NCBI GenBank assembly: GCA_038147395.1
Contig: JAYQTM010000001.1
Span: 6,287 to 70,286, forward strand
Direction of reading: 5' to 3'
Source: Candidatus Eutrophovita brisbanensis
Lineage (GTDB): Bacteria; Pseudomonadota; Gammaproteobacteria; Burkholderiales; Eutrophovitaceae
DNA: 64,000 bases
Position 1 is the stretch's first letter. The number at the start of each line of letters is the position of its first letter. A model generated the notes under the pieces. The model was not told the origin of the DNA. It saw only the letters and a list, made by a program, of their open reading frames with translations, and did not search any database. Both the position numbers and the translations under genes were made by a program. Below, one piece after another: positions 34,571 to 52,389 of the stretch.

Positions 34571-35641
34571 TTAAATTGACTGATGATATTGAGGGCTTAT
34601 CTCGCGTACGGCTTCGACTAAAGCCTCAACATTCTCTGGGGGTGTATGTTGAGATACACCATGCCCCAAATTAAATACGTGACCACTACCGTTTCCAAAC
34701 GTTGACAAAATATTCGCAACTTCCTGGCGAATGACGTCTGGGTTAGTCATGAGAATTGCTGGATCCATGTTCCCTTGTAATGCCACCTTATGACCGACTC
34801 GCGCGCGCGCACGACCAATGTCTGTTGTCCAGTCTAGGCCCAAACCATCGGTATCGATTTCAGCTAAATCCTCCAACCATTGGCCACCCCCTTTGGTGAA
34901 TACAATTCGTGGGATTTTCTGACCATTCACCTCTCTCGTAAGACCCGCACAAATACGATTTAAATTTTCAAGTGAAAACCGTTTGAAAGCTCCGTTTGAC
35001 AGAGACCCGCCCCAGGTGTCAAAGACCATGACAGCATCCGCACCGGCTTCAATTTGAGCATTCAGATAGCCTATTACTGAGACCGTTGTGACATCTAAAA
35101 TTGTTTGAAACAAATCAGGCCGCTCGTAAGCCATTTTTTTGACCCGATGAAATTCAGTACCGCCTCGACCTTCTATCATGTAACAGGCGAGCGTGAATGG
35201 GCTGCCAGAAAAGCCTATAAGCGGCACTGAGCCATTGAGTGCACGCTTGATGCTACTCACAGCATTCACGACGTAACCGAGCTTCTCGCCAGTATCAACC
35301 TCTGACAGTTGATTGATTTGCGCCTCATCCCTGAGTGGTCGCTCGAATTTGGGGCCCTCACCCTCCTCAAAGTACAACCCAAGGCCCATGGCATCGGGAA
35401 TCGTTAGGATATCCGAGAAAAGAATCGCTGCATCGAGACGAAAACGTGCAAGTGGCTGTAAGGTCACCTCTGTCGCCAAATCTGTGTTTTTACACAAATC
35501 CAAGAACGACCCTGCCCGCGAACGAGACTGCCGATACTCAGGCAAGTAACGACCAGCCTGTCGCATAATCCACGTGGGAGTATAGGGTGTGGGCTGCCTG
35601 AGAAGCGCCTTAATAAATACATCATTTTGAAGCGCGCTCAA
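34571..35641 (-). CDS. hemE: Uroporphyrinogen decarboxylase
   Basis: [52 protein letters not shown]. Confidence 0.98.
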   Translation of the reverse strand: MSALQNDVFIKALLRQPTPYTPTWIMRQAGRYLPEYRQSRSRAGSFLDLCKNTDLATEVTLQPLARFRLDAAILFSDILTIPDAMGLGLYFEEGEGPKFERPLRDEAQINQLSEVDTGEKLGYVVNAVSSIKRALNGSVPLIGFSGSPFTLACYMIEGRGGTEFHRVKKMAYERPDLFQTILDVTTVSVIGYLNAQIEAGADAVMVFDTWGGSLSNGAFKRFSLENLNRICAGLTREVNGQKIPRIVFTKGGGQWLEDLAEIDTDGLGLDWTTDIGRARARVGHKVALQGNMDPAILMTNPDVIRQEVANILSTFGNGSGHVFNLGHGVSQHTPPENVEALVEAVREISPQYHQSI

Positions 35642-35689
35642 ATCTGAACCTCTTTTAATCTTGTTACAACCAAAACACGTCTCGTGCCA

Positions 35690-37166
35690 CTACCGAGGTA
35701 ATTCAGAAGCACCCATTAAAAATTCGTCAATTGATCGGGCACATTGTCTACCCTCCCTGATCGCCCACACGACGAGAGATTGACCACGCCTCATGTCACC
35801 AGCGACAAACACTTTATCTTTTGAGGTTTTATATTCATCGGTATTGGCCTGAACATTGCCTCGACCGTCAAGCGCGACTCCCATTTCTGTGACTACCCCC
35901 TCATGAACAGGATTAATAAATCCCATCGCGAGCAATACAAGATCCGCTTTGATCTCAAATTCGCTGTCAGGAATCTCCTTCATTTCCATCCGTCCATCAG
36001 AATTGCGTGCCCATTCAACTCGCGCCGCAATCAATTTTTCAACTTTTCCGTTAGAGCCCTCGAACCGTTTGGTCGTAACAGACCAATCACGTTCACAACC
36101 CTCATCATGTGAAGAGGACGTTCGTAACTTGATTGGCCAATCTGGCCAGGTCAGCGGTCGATCTTCCTCCTCAGGAGGCATTGGCATTAACTCAAACTGA
36201 GTGACGGAGGCCGCTCCATGTCGGTTGGAAGTCCCAACGCAATCTGACCCTGTATCCCCACCACCAATGACGACGACGTGCTTTCCCGTCGCCATTATTT
36301 GATTATCTAACAAGTCACCTGCAACAACTCGATTCTGTTGGGGGAGGAATTCCATGGCGTAATGAACCCCGTTTAAGTCTCTGCCTGGGACCGGAAGATC
36401 TCTTGGCACCTCAGACCCTCCCGTGAGCGCAATCGCGTCGAACTCCGAAAGAAGCTCACTGTGCGTCACCACCTTCTGTGACAAATTGTTTACTCCTGGG
36501 ATTTGCTTACCAAGAGATCCAACACACGTGCTGGTTCGAAACTCAACACCCTCTGATTCCATTTGTGTGATCCGTCGATCAATATGGCTCTCTCCATCTT
36601 GAAGTCGGGAATCCCGTATCTTAGTAACCCTCCGATACGATCATTTTTTTCAAAAACAACCACGTCATGGCCGGCTCTCGCTAACTGCTGCGCGCAAGCA
36701 AGGCCTGCTGGGCCAGAGCCAACCACTGCGACGCGCTTGCCCGATTTGTGCTGAGCCGGTTGTGGCGCGATCCATCCTTCAGACCATCCCTTGTCAACAA
36801 TCGCATGCTCGATCGACTTAATCGCAACGGCGGAGTCGTTAATATTTAACGTGCAGGATGCTTCACAGGGCGCTGGGCAGATACGACCGGTAAACTCTGG
36901 AAAATTATTCGTTGAGTGAAGTGTTTGCAACGCCAACTGCCAATTTTTTCGATACACGAGATCATTCCAGTCAGGAATGATGTTATTAACCGGGCAACCG
37001 TTTTGACAAAATGGAATACCACAGTCCATACAGCGAGAGCCCTGTCGAGAAGCCTCCTCATCGGAGTGAGTGACAACGAATTCTTCGTAATTTTTAACTC
37101 GACTCTCAACCGGTAACGTCGACTCGTTCACCCGTGTTTCTTCTAAAAAACCCGTTGGCTTTCCCA

Positions 37167-37167
<1 letters not shown>
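35690..37167 (-). CDS. gltD: Glutamate synthase small subunit, single frameshift ~36575
   Basis: [68 protein letters not shown]. Confidence 0.95.
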
Positions 37168-41800
<4,633 letters not shown>

Positions 41801-41915
41801 AGCTATTGCCTCTCTAAATCTTTTAAAACTCGGCGTCGGCGAGGGACGTTATTGCCAACTGGGCAGCCCACAGACACCAAATCCGGCTGTTAACCGGATT
41901 TTGACAGAACTCGTA

Positions 41916-41945
41916 ATAGTACCGCGTTACATAGGAAATGATCAA
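41916..41945 (-). promoter_or_regulatory. Putative sigma70 promoter for gltBD
   Basis: Minus strand TTGATC-18 nt-TACTAT about 115 nt upstream of the gltB GTG. Confidence 0.35.
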
Positions 41946-41966
41946 TATTGGCGGTCTAGCGGGTAG

Positions 41967-43091
41967 CTAGACCCCGTCAACCATGAAGATTTGTCGGTAC
42001 TCTTTCATCGCGAAACGATCTGTCATGCCGGCAATATAATCAGCAATTGCCCGGGGGCGATCATCTCGAGCCTGGACTTGATATCTAGGTGGAAGCAGTC
42101 CTATGTCGTCTGAAAATGCCCCAAAAAGGCTCTGAACCACCCTTTTAGCCTTATCAGCCATCCGCTGTACCTTGTAGTGACGGTAAAGATTCTGATACAA
42201 AAATCGTTGCAGCGTCCGGTGTTTTTCCTCCATCTCTGGGCTAAACGAAATCAACGGTGGCAATTCTCGAACTTCCTCAACCGAGGCCGGAGCAGCTTCC
42301 AAAAGGCGACGGCCGCTTTCTTCCACCAAGTCCGTCACAAAACTATTGATCGTCCGACGAATCGCCTCGCTAACCATAATACGTTCTTCAATTTTGGGAT
42401 ACTGACCGGAAACCATAGCCAAATGATCTCCAAAAACTGGAAGGCCCCTCATTTCTGCAAGCTGCAGCAACCCGGATCTCAGTCCATCGTCGATGTCATG
42501 ATTGTTGTAGGCAATTCCATCCGCGATATTCGCAAGTTGCGCCTCGAGTGATGGTCGTTTTTTTTCCAAAAATCGCCGCCCAACGTCACCAAGTGACTCC
42601 GCATTCTTCAAAGAGCAGTGTTTTAAAATGCCCTCCCGCGTTTCAAAACACAAATTAAGTCCGTCGAACGCCGCATATCGCCGCTCTAAACAGTCAACCA
42701 CTCGCAATGACTGAAGGTTATGCTCAAACCCACCGTGTGTCCGCATGCTCTCATTTAGCGCGTCTTGTCCACTGTGGCCAAAAGGCGTATGGCCTAAATC
42801 ATGCGCGAGAGATATCGCCTCAACCAAGTCCACATTCAGATCAAGCCGCCGGGCAATTGACCTAGCGATTTGAGCCACCTCAATGCTATGTGTCAGCCGA
42901 GTTCGGAAATGGTCCCCCTCATGGTTCACGAACACTTGGGTTTTGTACTCGAGTCGCCGAAAAGCCGTAGAGTGAATGATGCGATCCCGATCACGCTGAA
43001 ATTCTGTGCGACCCTCCGGCTGCGGTTCACTGAGTTTACGTCCACGAGAACCATCTGAGGAAACAGCATACACCGCGAATTTATCCGACAT
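41967..43091 (-). CDS. dgt: Deoxyguanosinetriphosphate triphosphohydrolase (HD family)
   Basis: [51 protein letters not shown]. Confidence 0.95.
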   Translation of the reverse strand: MSDKFAVYAVSSDGSRGRKLSEPQPEGRTEFQRDRDRIIHSTAFRRLEYKTQVFVNHEGDHFRTRLTHSIEVAQIARSIARRLDLNVDLVEAISLAHDLGHTPFGHSGQDALNESMRTHGGFEHNLQSLRVVDCLERRYAAFDGLNLCFETREGILKHCSLKNAESLGDVGRRFLEKKRPSLEAQLANIADGIAYNNHDIDDGLRSGLLQLAEMRGLPVFGDHLAMVSGQYPKIEERIMVSEAIRRTINSFVTDLVEESGRRLLEAAPASVEEVRELPPLISFSPEMEEKHRTLQRFLYQNLYRHYKVQRMADKAKRVVQSLFGAFSDDIGLLPPRYQVQARDDRPRAIADYIAGMTDRFAMKEYRQIFMVDGV

Positions 43092-43096
43092 GCGAT

Positions 43097-44188
43097 TTAT
43101 GACACCTCGTTCGATTGAAGGACCTCGTTAAGCAACTTATCCGAGAATTCACTCGTAACATAAGCCTCTCCAAGCCGCCGCAACAAAATTAATCGCAAAC
43201 GACCATCCAACACTTTTTTGTCAAAACCCATGAGATCACGATATTTTGAAACACCCAATTTAGGTGCAGATGTCGGCAAACCAATTCCATCAAGTAATTC
43301 GCGTAACCGATTCAACTCTTGGGTGTTGAGCTCCCCGCTCAAAACTGATAGCTGACCCGCCAAGACCATGCCAGCGGCAACCGCTTCTCCGTGAAGCCAT
43401 TCACCATATCCCAACCCTGCCTCAATCGCATGGCCGAATGTATGTCCAAAATTCAGTAGCGCGCGACTGCTCATCTCTGTCTCATCTTGCTCGACAATCT
43501 TTGCCTTACTGGCACAACACACCTCGACTGCATATCCAAGAGAATCGAAATCGTGAGCCATTAGTTGCTCCGCGTTCAGCTCGAGCCAAGAAAAGAAATC
43601 TGCGTCCATGATCGCGCCGTATTTCACCACTTCGGCCATCCCTGCTCGAAACTCTCGCTCCGGCAACGTCGAGATCGTATTTAGGTCAATAAATACCGCC
43701 TTGGGTTGATAGAACGCTCCGATCATGTTCTTTCCCGCCGGATGATTGACCGCTGTTTTACCCCCGACTGAGGAGTCAACTTGTGACAATAAGGTGGTGG
43801 GCATCTGCACCAATGGAAGTCCCCTTTGATATGTTGCAGCGGCGAATCCAGCGACATCTCCCACGACGCCGCCACCAAGCGCAATGATCATCGTATTTCT
43901 GTCGGCCTTGAGCTCAATCAACTGGTCATAAATCGATGCCAATGTCGCTTGGGTCTTATGTTTCTCACCATCAGGCAAAATAATTTCGTCTGAAGTAATC
44001 CCAATCTCGGCCAAACGAGCAGTCACATTGTCCGCGTATAGAGGAGCTACGGTATCGTTGGTGACCACAACAGCTCGCTTATAACGACCCACCATTAATT
44101 CAGAAAATAACGCGCTCTCTAAAGGAGAGCGACCAATAACGATCGGATAGGTCCGGCCAGTCAGTCCAACTTCCAGTTTTCTCATCAT
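43097..44188 (-). CDS. aroB: 3-dehydroquinate synthase
   Basis: [56 protein letters not shown]. Confidence 0.97.
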   Translation of the reverse strand: MMRKLEVGLTGRTYPIVIGRSPLESALFSELMVGRYKRAVVVTNDTVAPLYADNVTARLAEIGITSDEIILPDGEKHKTQATLASIYDQLIELKADRNTMIIALGGGVVGDVAGFAAATYQRGLPLVQMPTTLLSQVDSSVGGKTAVNHPAGKNMIGAFYQPKAVFIDLNTISTLPEREFRAGMAEVVKYGAIMDADFFSWLELNAEQLMAHDFDSLGYAVEVCCASKAKIVEQDETEMSSRALLNFGHTFGHAIEAGLGYGEWLHGEAVAAGMVLAGQLSVLSGELNTQELNRLRELLDGIGLPTSAPKLGVSKYRDLMGFDKKVLDGRLRLILLRRLGEAYVTSEFSDKLLNEVLQSNEVS

Positions 44189-44754
44189 TTTATTTTTTCC
44201 AGAATCGCTCTTTCGAGACGCCGCAGAAAACCTTGCAGGCTAAGGTCCCCGGTTTCAATTATTAAATCAGCAACCTCGCTATATATCGGATCTCTCTCCT
44301 GAAAGAGTGAATCAAGCCTGGCGCGCGGATCATCAGTCTGAAGCAACGGTCGGCTCTTATCGAGCTGAGTTCTTTTATATAGCGCATCTACTTGCGCCTT
44401 CAAATAAATGACAAACCCTGAAGATATGAGGTGTTGACGATTTTCCTCTCGCAAGACTGCACCACCTCCGGTAGCCAAAACAATATTCTCCATTTGAGTG
44501 AGCTCAAAGATCACGGCTTTTTCACGCTCTCGGAAGCCATCCTCACCCTCGTGATGAAAAATCGTGGGAATCTCAACGCCAGTGCGCTCGACGATCACTT
44601 GGTCTGAATCGAAAAACTCTTTTTTAGCCCGCTTCGCAAGTAATTTGCCGACCGATGTTTTACCAGCTCCCATCATGCCGACAAGGTAAATATTACCTTT
44701 CAGCGAGCTTATTGAAGTGCCTGCCGCTTCGGCTGAGTGACGTTTCATGTTCAT
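44185..44754 (-). CDS. aroK: Shikimate kinase
   Basis: LVGMMGAGKTSVG, GEDGFR, ATGGG, RPLL, RDPIY. Confidence 0.96.
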   Translation of the reverse strand: MNMKRHSAEAAGTSISSLKGNIYLVGMMGAGKTSVGKLLAKRAKKEFFDSDQVIVERTGVEIPTIFHHEGEDGFREREKAVIFELTQMENIVLATGGGAVLREENRQHLISSGFVIYLKAQVDALYKRTQLDKSRPLLQTDDPRARLDSLFQERDPIYSEVADLIIETGDLSLQGFLRRLERAILEKIK

Positions 44755-44903
44755 GTGAGAATTTTAACCGCATACGGACCGAATGGGCGCTAAGGATACG
44801 CGCACTGCCCCAAGTGGCGAACCAAATTACCAATGAGGTTTGCCCAATTAGTTCGGAATGGTTAGCAAGATTATAATGAACCGGTCAAAACACTAAAACT
44901 TAG

Positions 44904-47180
44904 ATGTTAATGAGTTTTCGCCGACTTCTCTACGCCGTCTTTTTCACAGGGATCAGTATCTCCGCAGCAGCAGTATTGATCGGAGTATTCGCGTTTGTGG
45001 TGGCTTACCCACAGCTTCCATCAGTCGCCGCGCTCACAGATTACAAACCCAAACTCCCTCTTCGAATCTACAGTCGGGAGGGTGTTCTGATCGGCGAGTT
45101 CGGACGGGAACACCGAGAGTTCTTACCCATTGAGAATGTACCAAACCATCTCAAGAACGCCATTATTGCTGCCGAAGATGAACGTTTTATGGAACACCAT
45201 GGGATCGATTTCATGGGCATTGGTCGTGCCGCACTAGCTAATTTTGCGGCACGAGGAGCACGTCAGGGTGCGAGTACAATCACCATGCAAGTGGCAAGAA
45301 ACTTTTTCCTCACATCCGAAAAAACGCTCACCCGAAAGTTTAACGAAGCGCTACTTGCAATAAAAATTGAGAGAAATCTTACAAAAAATGAAATTCTAGA
45401 GCTATATGTGAATCAAATTTACCTGGGTCAACGGGCTTTTGGTTTTGCGGCAGCGTCAAAAATATACTTCGGCAAACCCCTTGCGCAGGCGTCCTTAGCT
45501 GAGTTGTCGATGATGGCAGGCTTGCCAAAAGCACCATCTCGATATAACCCCGCCGTTAACTTCAAGCGCGCACAACAGCGTCAGTTTTATGTACTCGGAA
45601 GGATGCACAAACTCGGCTTTATTTCTGACTCAGCATTGGACGCTGCCAAAGCCGAAAAAATAAAACTCTCATCGATACGCTCCAACCCCAGCAGACACGC
45701 AGAGTATTTTGTTGAAATGGTACGACAAGCATTGATCGATCAGTATGGTGAGGCGACATATACAAAAGGGTTAAATGTCTACACAACGTTGTCACTTAAA
45801 AATCAGGAAGCAGCTTTTCGTGCTGTCAAAACCGGTCTCGAAAATCACGATCAACGACAAGGTTTTAGAGGTGCCGTCACACATTTCAATTTATCGCGAC
45901 AGTCAGAAGAAGATATCGAAGAATTACTAAATGAGTTTGACGCAATCGATAACTTAGTTCCATCCGTCATCACAAAAATTACTGATGCGAGTATCCAAAT
46001 ATATGCGAAGGGAAATGGATTCGTCACGCTCCAAAGTGAGGATTTTCAGTACGGCGCGTCGAACGCCCTGTCGCCATCCGACCAACACGACCCACTTACC
46101 CGCGGTGATCTAATTTACGTTCGCCAACTTGATTCAAAGAAGTGGTCGCTGAGCCAACTTCCGATTGCCGAGGGGGCGTTGATTGCCATTGACTCAGATA
46201 CAGGTGCCATACAGGCTCTTGTCGGCGGTTATAACTTTTATAAAAATAAGTTTAATCATGTGACCCAAGCCCTAAGGCAACCAGGGTCTAGCTTTAAGCC
46301 GTTCATATACTCTGCGGCGCTGGAGCGCGGGTTTACTCCAGCCACCATCATTGACGACAGCCCGATCGAAATAGATGAAAGTCAAACTGGATACGAGCTA
46401 TGGGAACCACAGAATTACGATGGAGAATTTTCTGGTCCGATTAGCCTACGTTACGCACTTGCAAAGTCAAAAAATCTTGTGGCGATCCGTATCCTTCAAG
46501 CAATCGAACCAACGTATGCAAGAGATTTCATTACTCGTTTTGGCTTCAATAAGAAAAACCATCCCCCTTACCTGACTATGGCACTAGGGGCAGGATCAAC
46601 AACTCCACTTTCTCTTGCCAGAGGCTACGCCGTATTTGCAAATGGCGGACACCTGGTGAACCCATTCTTCATCTCCCGAGTCGAAGATATCGAGGGAAAC
46701 CTCATATTTAAAGCGTCTCCTCAACGCTCCAAAATCACCTCGAATACGGTGATTGATGCTAGAAACGCATTTACGATGAATTCTCTGTTGCGCGACGTGG
46801 TAAACCAAGGCACTGGCAAGCGTGCGAAAAGTCTCGGAAGAAATGATCTAGCCGGAAAAACAGGCACGACAAACGATAATGTCGACGCATGGTTTGCCGG
46901 TTTTCAAAGACATACCGTCGCCATCACATGGGTTGGGAAAGACCAACCCGGCCCTCTCGGTGAGAAAGAAACCGGTGCAAAGGCCGCACTCCCAATATGG
47001 ATCGATTACATGAGGGTCGCTCTCAGGGGTATTCCTGAGGAGGACCTACCTGACCCTCCAGAGGGCATTCGTGTCTTAAAAATCGACCCAGATACCGGCA
47101 CCCCAAATCAACGTGGGATCACGACCGAGTACTTCTACGAAGAGAATGTGCCGGCCGAACGGCCAGGCTATCTATTTTGA
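44904..47180 (+). CDS. mrcA: Penicillin-binding protein 1A
   Basis: Transglycosylase AAEDERF, QGASTITMQVARN, RKFNE; transpeptidase QPGSSFKPF, SKN, GKTGT. Confidence 0.95.
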   Translation: MLMSFRRLLYAVFFTGISISAAAVLIGVFAFVVAYPQLPSVAALTDYKPKLPLRIYSREGVLIGEFGREHREFLPIENVPNHLKNAIIAAEDERFMEHHGIDFMGIGRAALANFAARGARQGASTITMQVARNFFLTSEKTLTRKFNEALLAIKIERNLTKNEILELYVNQIYLGQRAFGFAAASKIYFGKPLAQASLAELSMMAGLPKAPSRYNPAVNFKRAQQRQFYVLGRMHKLGFISDSALDAAKAEKIKLSSIRSNPSRHAEYFVEMVRQALIDQYGEATYTKGLNVYTTLSLKNQEAAFRAVKTGLENHDQRQGFRGAVTHFNLSRQSEEDIEELLNEFDAIDNLVPSVITKITDASIQIYAKGNGFVTLQSEDFQYGASNALSPSDQHDPLTRGDLIYVRQLDSKKWSLSQLPIAEGALIAIDSDTGAIQALVGGYNFYKNKFNHVTQALRQPGSSFKPFIYSAALERGFTPATIIDDSPIEIDESQTGYELWEPQNYDGEFSGPISLRYALAKSKNLVAIRILQAIEPTYARDFITRFGFNKKNHPPYLTMALGAGSTTPLSLARGYAVFANGGHLVNPFFISRVEDIEGNLIFKASPQRSKITSNTVIDARNAFTMNSLLRDVVNQGTGKRAKSLGRNDLAGKTGTTNDNVDAWFAGFQRHTVAITWVGKDQPGPLGEKETGAKAALPIWIDYMRVALRGIPEEDLPDPPEGIRVLKIDPDTGTPNQRGITTEYFYEENVPAERPGYLF

Positions 47181-47207
47181 CTGAAGCGACAAAACGCCTC
47201 TACGTCA

Positions 47208-48251
<1,044 letters not shown>

Positions 48252-48255
48252 TCAG

Positions 48256-48849
48256 TCAAGAGAGCCATTCAATCAGTTTTTGACGCGCCTCGTCGACCCC
48301 AGTTTTGTTTGAACTCGAAAACAGCTGGACACTTAATCTCGAGTATTGACTACACAGTATATCGGAGACCATCTTGAGCTTTTTATTCGCCTCGTTTCTC
48401 GTCAGCTTATCTGACTTCGTCAGTAAGACGTGTATGGGTTTCTCTGTTGTCCCGAACCACTCGACAAGCTGTTCGTCCAAAATCGTTGGCGCATGCCGGC
48501 TATCCATCACCGCAAATAATCCTCTGATTTGATGTCGTTCGCCAAGGTATCTCGTTAGCTCTCTACCCCACGCATTTCTCACCTCTTCTGGCACCTTGGC
48601 GTAGCCGTAGCCCGGCAAGTCCACAATAAATCTATCGTCGCCGACGCTAAAAAAATTGAGCAGCCGTGTCCGACCCGGAAGTTTGCTGACGTGCGCGAGC
48701 TTTTTTTGATTCGTAAGCGCATTAATTGCACTGGACTTGCCCGCATTCGAGCGGCCTGCAAACACGACTTCGGAACATTCATCCAGCGGAATCTGATTAT
48801 ATTTCTCGAATGACTTCCAATAAGTTGCGTTTTGAATAATCACGGCCAC
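48256..48849 (-). CDS. engB: Ribosome-biogenesis GTPase YihA/EngB
   Basis: GRSNAGKSSAIN, SKLPGRT, DLPGYGY, LTKSDKL. Confidence 0.95.
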   Translation of the reverse strand: MAVIIQNATYWKSFEKYNQIPLDECSEVVFAGRSNAGKSSAINALTNQKKLAHVSKLPGRTRLLNFFSVGDDRFIVDLPGYGYAKVPEEVRNAWGRELTRYLGERHQIRGLFAVMDSRHAPTILDEQLVEWFGTTEKPIHVLLTKSDKLTRNEANKKLKMVSDILCSQYSRLSVQLFSSSNKTGVDEARQKLIEWLS

Positions 48850-48915
48850 GTAAAACTTATGAGATAAAATGACGTCCGAATATTAACGCAAACTCGGTAA
48901 GGACAACTGACCAAC

Positions 48916-49545
48916 ATGATTTTCACTAAGCACTTCGCAATCCTAATTTCCCTGATGTTAATTTCTACCACATTGTTCGCGGAAGACACGTCAGTAGCAC
49001 ATACTCCTGACATAAGTAACGGCAAGACCATCGCCGCGGGGACCTGCTCAGCCTGTCATGGTGCTGACGGAAATTCAATGATTCCCATGTATCCTTCTCT
49101 TGCTGGACAGCATGCTGCTTACCTAACAAAACAATTGAGTGAATTCAAGTCTGGGGTACGCGCAAATGCAGTCATGGGACCGATGGCGACGATGCTGAGT
49201 GATACCGATATGGCGGACGTCTCGGCCTTTTACGCGTCACAGAAAGCTACGCTCAAGAATCCGAGCGCGGGTGACATCAAAACTGGAAAACTGTTGTATT
49301 TTGTGGGTGATAGCGAACGCGGAATCCCTGCTTGCGCTGGATGTCACTCCAACAATGGCAAGGGCATCATCGGTAAATACCCTTCTATCGCAGGGCAATC
49401 CGGCGATTATGTCATCTCTCAACTGAAGCTGTTCAAAACGGGACAGCGAGAAAACGATGCAAACAAGATGATGCGAACGGTCGCAAAACGATTATCTGAA
49501 GGCGACATGAAAGCGTTGGCCGACTTCACTTCAAATCTTAGATAA
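48916..49545 (+). CDS. Di-heme cytochrome c4
   Basis: Signal peptide; two CxxCH motifs (CSACH, CAGCH); P.LAGQ; divergent from engB. Confidence 0.92.
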   Translation: MIFTKHFAILISLMLISTTLFAEDTSVAHTPDISNGKTIAAGTCSACHGADGNSMIPMYPSLAGQHAAYLTKQLSEFKSGVRANAVMGPMATMLSDTDMADVSAFYASQKATLKNPSAGDIKTGKLLYFVGDSERGIPACAGCHSNNGKGIIGKYPSIAGQSGDYVISQLKLFKTGQRENDANKMMRTVAKRLSEGDMKALADFTSNLR

Positions 49546-49560
49546 AAAAGACCTAAGGTT

Positions 49561-50841
49561 TCACAAAGTTTCAAATGCAGCGTCGGCGGCATCAAGTGTT
49601 TGCTTGATGTCACCCTCACTGTGAGCATCAGAGATAAATCCTGCTTCAAATGCGGATGGAGCGAGATTAATCCCTCGATTCATCATCTCATGAAAGAATT
49701 TGTTGAAACGATCCCGATCACACTTCATCACCGCCTCGTAAGTTTGTGGAGGGGAATCGGCAAAGTACATACCGAACATCCCGCCAACATGCATTGCTGA
49801 GAAGCTCACACCGCGTGCTCTGGCACGCTCTTGCAGACCTTGTACCAACGATTCGGCCTTTTTGTCGAGGCGACTGAAAAAGTCTGGCGCCTGGATCAAA
49901 TCAAGGGTAGCAAGGCCGGCAGCAACGGAGACGGGGTTGCCTGATAAGGTCCCTGCCTGATAAACCGGACCGAGCGGCGCGAGTTGTTGCATGACATCAC
50001 GTCGACCGCCAAATGCACCCATCGGCATACCGCCTCCGATGACTTTTCCGAGCGTTGTAATGTCGGGGGTGATTCCGTAAATTCCTTGCGCGCCCTTTGG
50101 CCCGACTCTGAACCCTGTCATCACCTCGTCGAAGATAAGTAATGCACCATGCGCGTCGCATAGGTCTCTGGCATCTCGCAGGAAACTCTCATGAGCTTTG
50201 ACTAAGTTCATGTTGCCGGCAATAGGCTCTACGATGATTGCGGCGATCTCATCCCCCATCTTTTTAAAGGCATCGTGTAGTTGTTCCGAATTATTGAAAT
50301 CAAGTACTAACGTCTGTGACGTTAAATCAGCAGGTACGCCAGAGGAACTTGGTTGCCCAAACGTTAAAGCCCCAGAACCTGCCTTTACCAGTAAAGAGTC
50401 TGAGTGGCCGTGGTAACACCCCTCAAATTTAATCACCTTTGATTTTCCAGTGAAGCCTCTAGCCAGACGTATGGCGCTCATTGTCGCCTCCGTACCAGAA
50501 CTCGTCAGGCGCACTTGCTCCATCGAGGGAAGCGATGCCGTCAATCTTTCAGCTAGGGTCACCTCACCAGGTGTCGGAGCCCCAAAACTAAGGCCCTGTT
50601 CTGCGGCATTTTTCACTGCATTCACGACATCGGGGTGAGCATGCCCTACGATTAATGGCCCCCAAGAGCCGACGTAGTCGATATAAACATTTCCGTCTAA
50701 ATCATAAATTTTGCTGCCAGCACCACGCACAATTGTTCTGGGTATTCCACCGACAGATCCAAAGGCCCTCACAGGCGAATTCACACCTCCAGGAATCACT
50801 GCTTTCGCACGCGCGAATGATGCTTCATTTTCAACGGTCAT
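49561..50841 (-). CDS. hemL: Glutamate-1-semialdehyde 2,1-aminomutase
   Basis: [54 protein letters not shown]. Confidence 0.98.
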   Translation of the reverse strand: MTVENEASFARAKAVIPGGVNSPVRAFGSVGGIPRTIVRGAGSKIYDLDGNVYIDYVGSWGPLIVGHAHPDVVNAVKNAAEQGLSFGAPTPGEVTLAERLTASLPSMEQVRLTSSGTEATMSAIRLARGFTGKSKVIKFEGCYHGHSDSLLVKAGSGALTFGQPSSSGVPADLTSQTLVLDFNNSEQLHDAFKKMGDEIAAIIVEPIAGNMNLVKAHESFLRDARDLCDAHGALLIFDEVMTGFRVGPKGAQGIYGITPDITTLGKVIGGGMPMGAFGGRRDVMQQLAPLGPVYQAGTLSGNPVSVAAGLATLDLIQAPDFFSRLDKKAESLVQGLQERARARGVSFSAMHVGGMFGMYFADSPPQTYEAVMKCDRDRFNKFFHEMMNRGINLAPSAFEAGFISDAHSEGDIKQTLDAADAAFETL

Positions 50842-50858
50842 AAAAATCTCTGTATTAA

Positions 50859-51518
50859 TTATTTCGATTTATGGCGGTAACGCTGCATTAAGACGACCCA
50901 CTCGCTTGACACTCTCGTCACATCGCTCGCTCCAAAGATACCATTTATTAATGCAAGCATATTGACACCCCGATCCAATAGGTCCGGGGCATTTTCCAGA
51001 GTAATCCCCCCAATTGCAACAACCGGGATATCTAATCCACAAGAGCTCGCGTCCAACAGAATATCAGCTGGCACTATTTTTGCGCTGGGCTTTGACGACG
51101 ACTTAAAGAATGAGCCAAATGCAACGTAATCAGCTCCGCAACGCTGCATCTCAAGAGCTGTCGAGAGTTGGTCATAACAGGACACCCCAATTATTTTTTC
51201 TGGACCTAGAGTCTCTCGAGCTCGCGCTAGACTCTCATCATCCTTTCCAACATGCACTCCAGCCGCACCAATCACCTTCGCGAGCGCGACATCGTCGTTG
51301 ATGATCAAGTATGCATGATGTGCCGCAACTAACTCGTTAATCGCCTCAGCCATGTACGCTCTTTTGGATGGGCTGCTGCACTTGTTACGGTACTGGATTA
51401 ATCTAATACCGCCATCTAAGGCGGCACGAATTAACCTCAACAAGGCATCTAAATCGTCAATATCAGGCGTGATCGCGTAAACGCCAGGATCCAACCAATC
51501 TCGTCCGATGTATTTCAT
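50859..51518 (-). CDS. thiE: Thiamine-phosphate synthase
   Basis: [44 protein letters not shown]. Confidence 0.93.
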   Translation of the reverse strand: MKYIGRDWLDPGVYAITPDIDDLDALLRLIRAALDGGIRLIQYRNKCSSPSKRAYMAEAINELVAAHHAYLIINDDVALAKVIGAAGVHVGKDDESLARARETLGPEKIIGVSCYDQLSTALEMQRCGADYVAFGSFFKSSSKPSAKIVPADILLDASSCGLDIPVVAIGGITLENAPDLLDRGVNMLALINGIFGASDVTRVSSEWVVLMQRYRHKSK

Positions 51519-52306
51519 GTCTCAATCATGCGATCAGGTATCATTTGTCCGGAGCCGATTGGAAATCCTCCCAACAGTGATTGGTAGGTATATCTTTGCG
51601 CCACAAACACCGCTTCTTCTACGTCAAAGCCTCGCGCAATGCAGGCCGCAACAGAAGCAGCAAGCGTACAACCGGAACCATGATAATCCTCGTTCAATCG
51701 CGGCCAGCTCCAACTTTTTGCGGAAGCAGAATCCCGATACAAAGTATTTTCCACATCACTGCTCTCGGAATGCGTTCCCGTCACCAAAACACTCTTGACA
51801 CCCAGAGAGAGCAGTTCATCAACAATATCCCTTCGAGTTAATTTCTCCCCCAGGGCCCGACCGATACGCTCGAGCTCTAGCGTGTTAGGCGTCATTAAAT
51901 AAACATTTGGTAGTAATGAACTGATGAGCTCGTGAAGGACAGCGTCCCCGCCAAATTCATCTCCACGGCCTGAAGCCAGAACGGGATCGAGAATCACAGG
52001 AACCTCGGGATATAAACCAAAAAGTCTAGATACCTCTCGAGCCGTCGCCAGATCAAAAATCATGCCCACCTTGAATACGGCAACGCGGACATCATCCAAG
52101 ATTACTTCAGCCTGACGGCGAATTGTCTCTGGGGAGACAGGATCAATGTGGTTGACCCCAACTGTATCTTGAGACGTGATCGAAGTAACGACCGTAACGG
52201 GGTGACAGCCGTTATTCGCAATCGCCAACACATCGGCTTGTAAGCCTGCTCCCGACGTCGGATCTGAGCCAGAAAACGTCATGACGACGGGTTTGGTTGC
52301 CTTCAT
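51515..52306 (-). CDS. thiD: Hydroxymethylpyrimidine/phosphomethylpyrimidine kinase
   Basis: Start moved to MKATKPVV (52306); GSDPTSGAGLQAD, TSQDT, KVGM, LDPVLASG, TPN..E, HGSGCTLA. Confidence 0.9.
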   Translation of the reverse strand: MKATKPVVMTFSGSDPTSGAGLQADVLAIANNGCHPVTVVTSITSQDTVGVNHIDPVSPETIRRQAEVILDDVRVAVFKVGMIFDLATAREVSRLFGLYPEVPVILDPVLASGRGDEFGGDAVLHELISSLLPNVYLMTPNTLELERIGRALGEKLTRRDIVDELLSLGVKSVLVTGTHSESSDVENTLYRDSASAKSWSWPRLNEDYHGSGCTLAASVAACIARGFDVEEAVFVAQRYTYQSLLGGFPIGSGQMIPDRMIET

Positions 52307-52389
52307 CTGAATTTGTCTCGCTTGGGTATAATTTGGGACCATCCCAACTCGGGACTTTAACAAATTTACAAAACGGACAAGAGTCAAAC

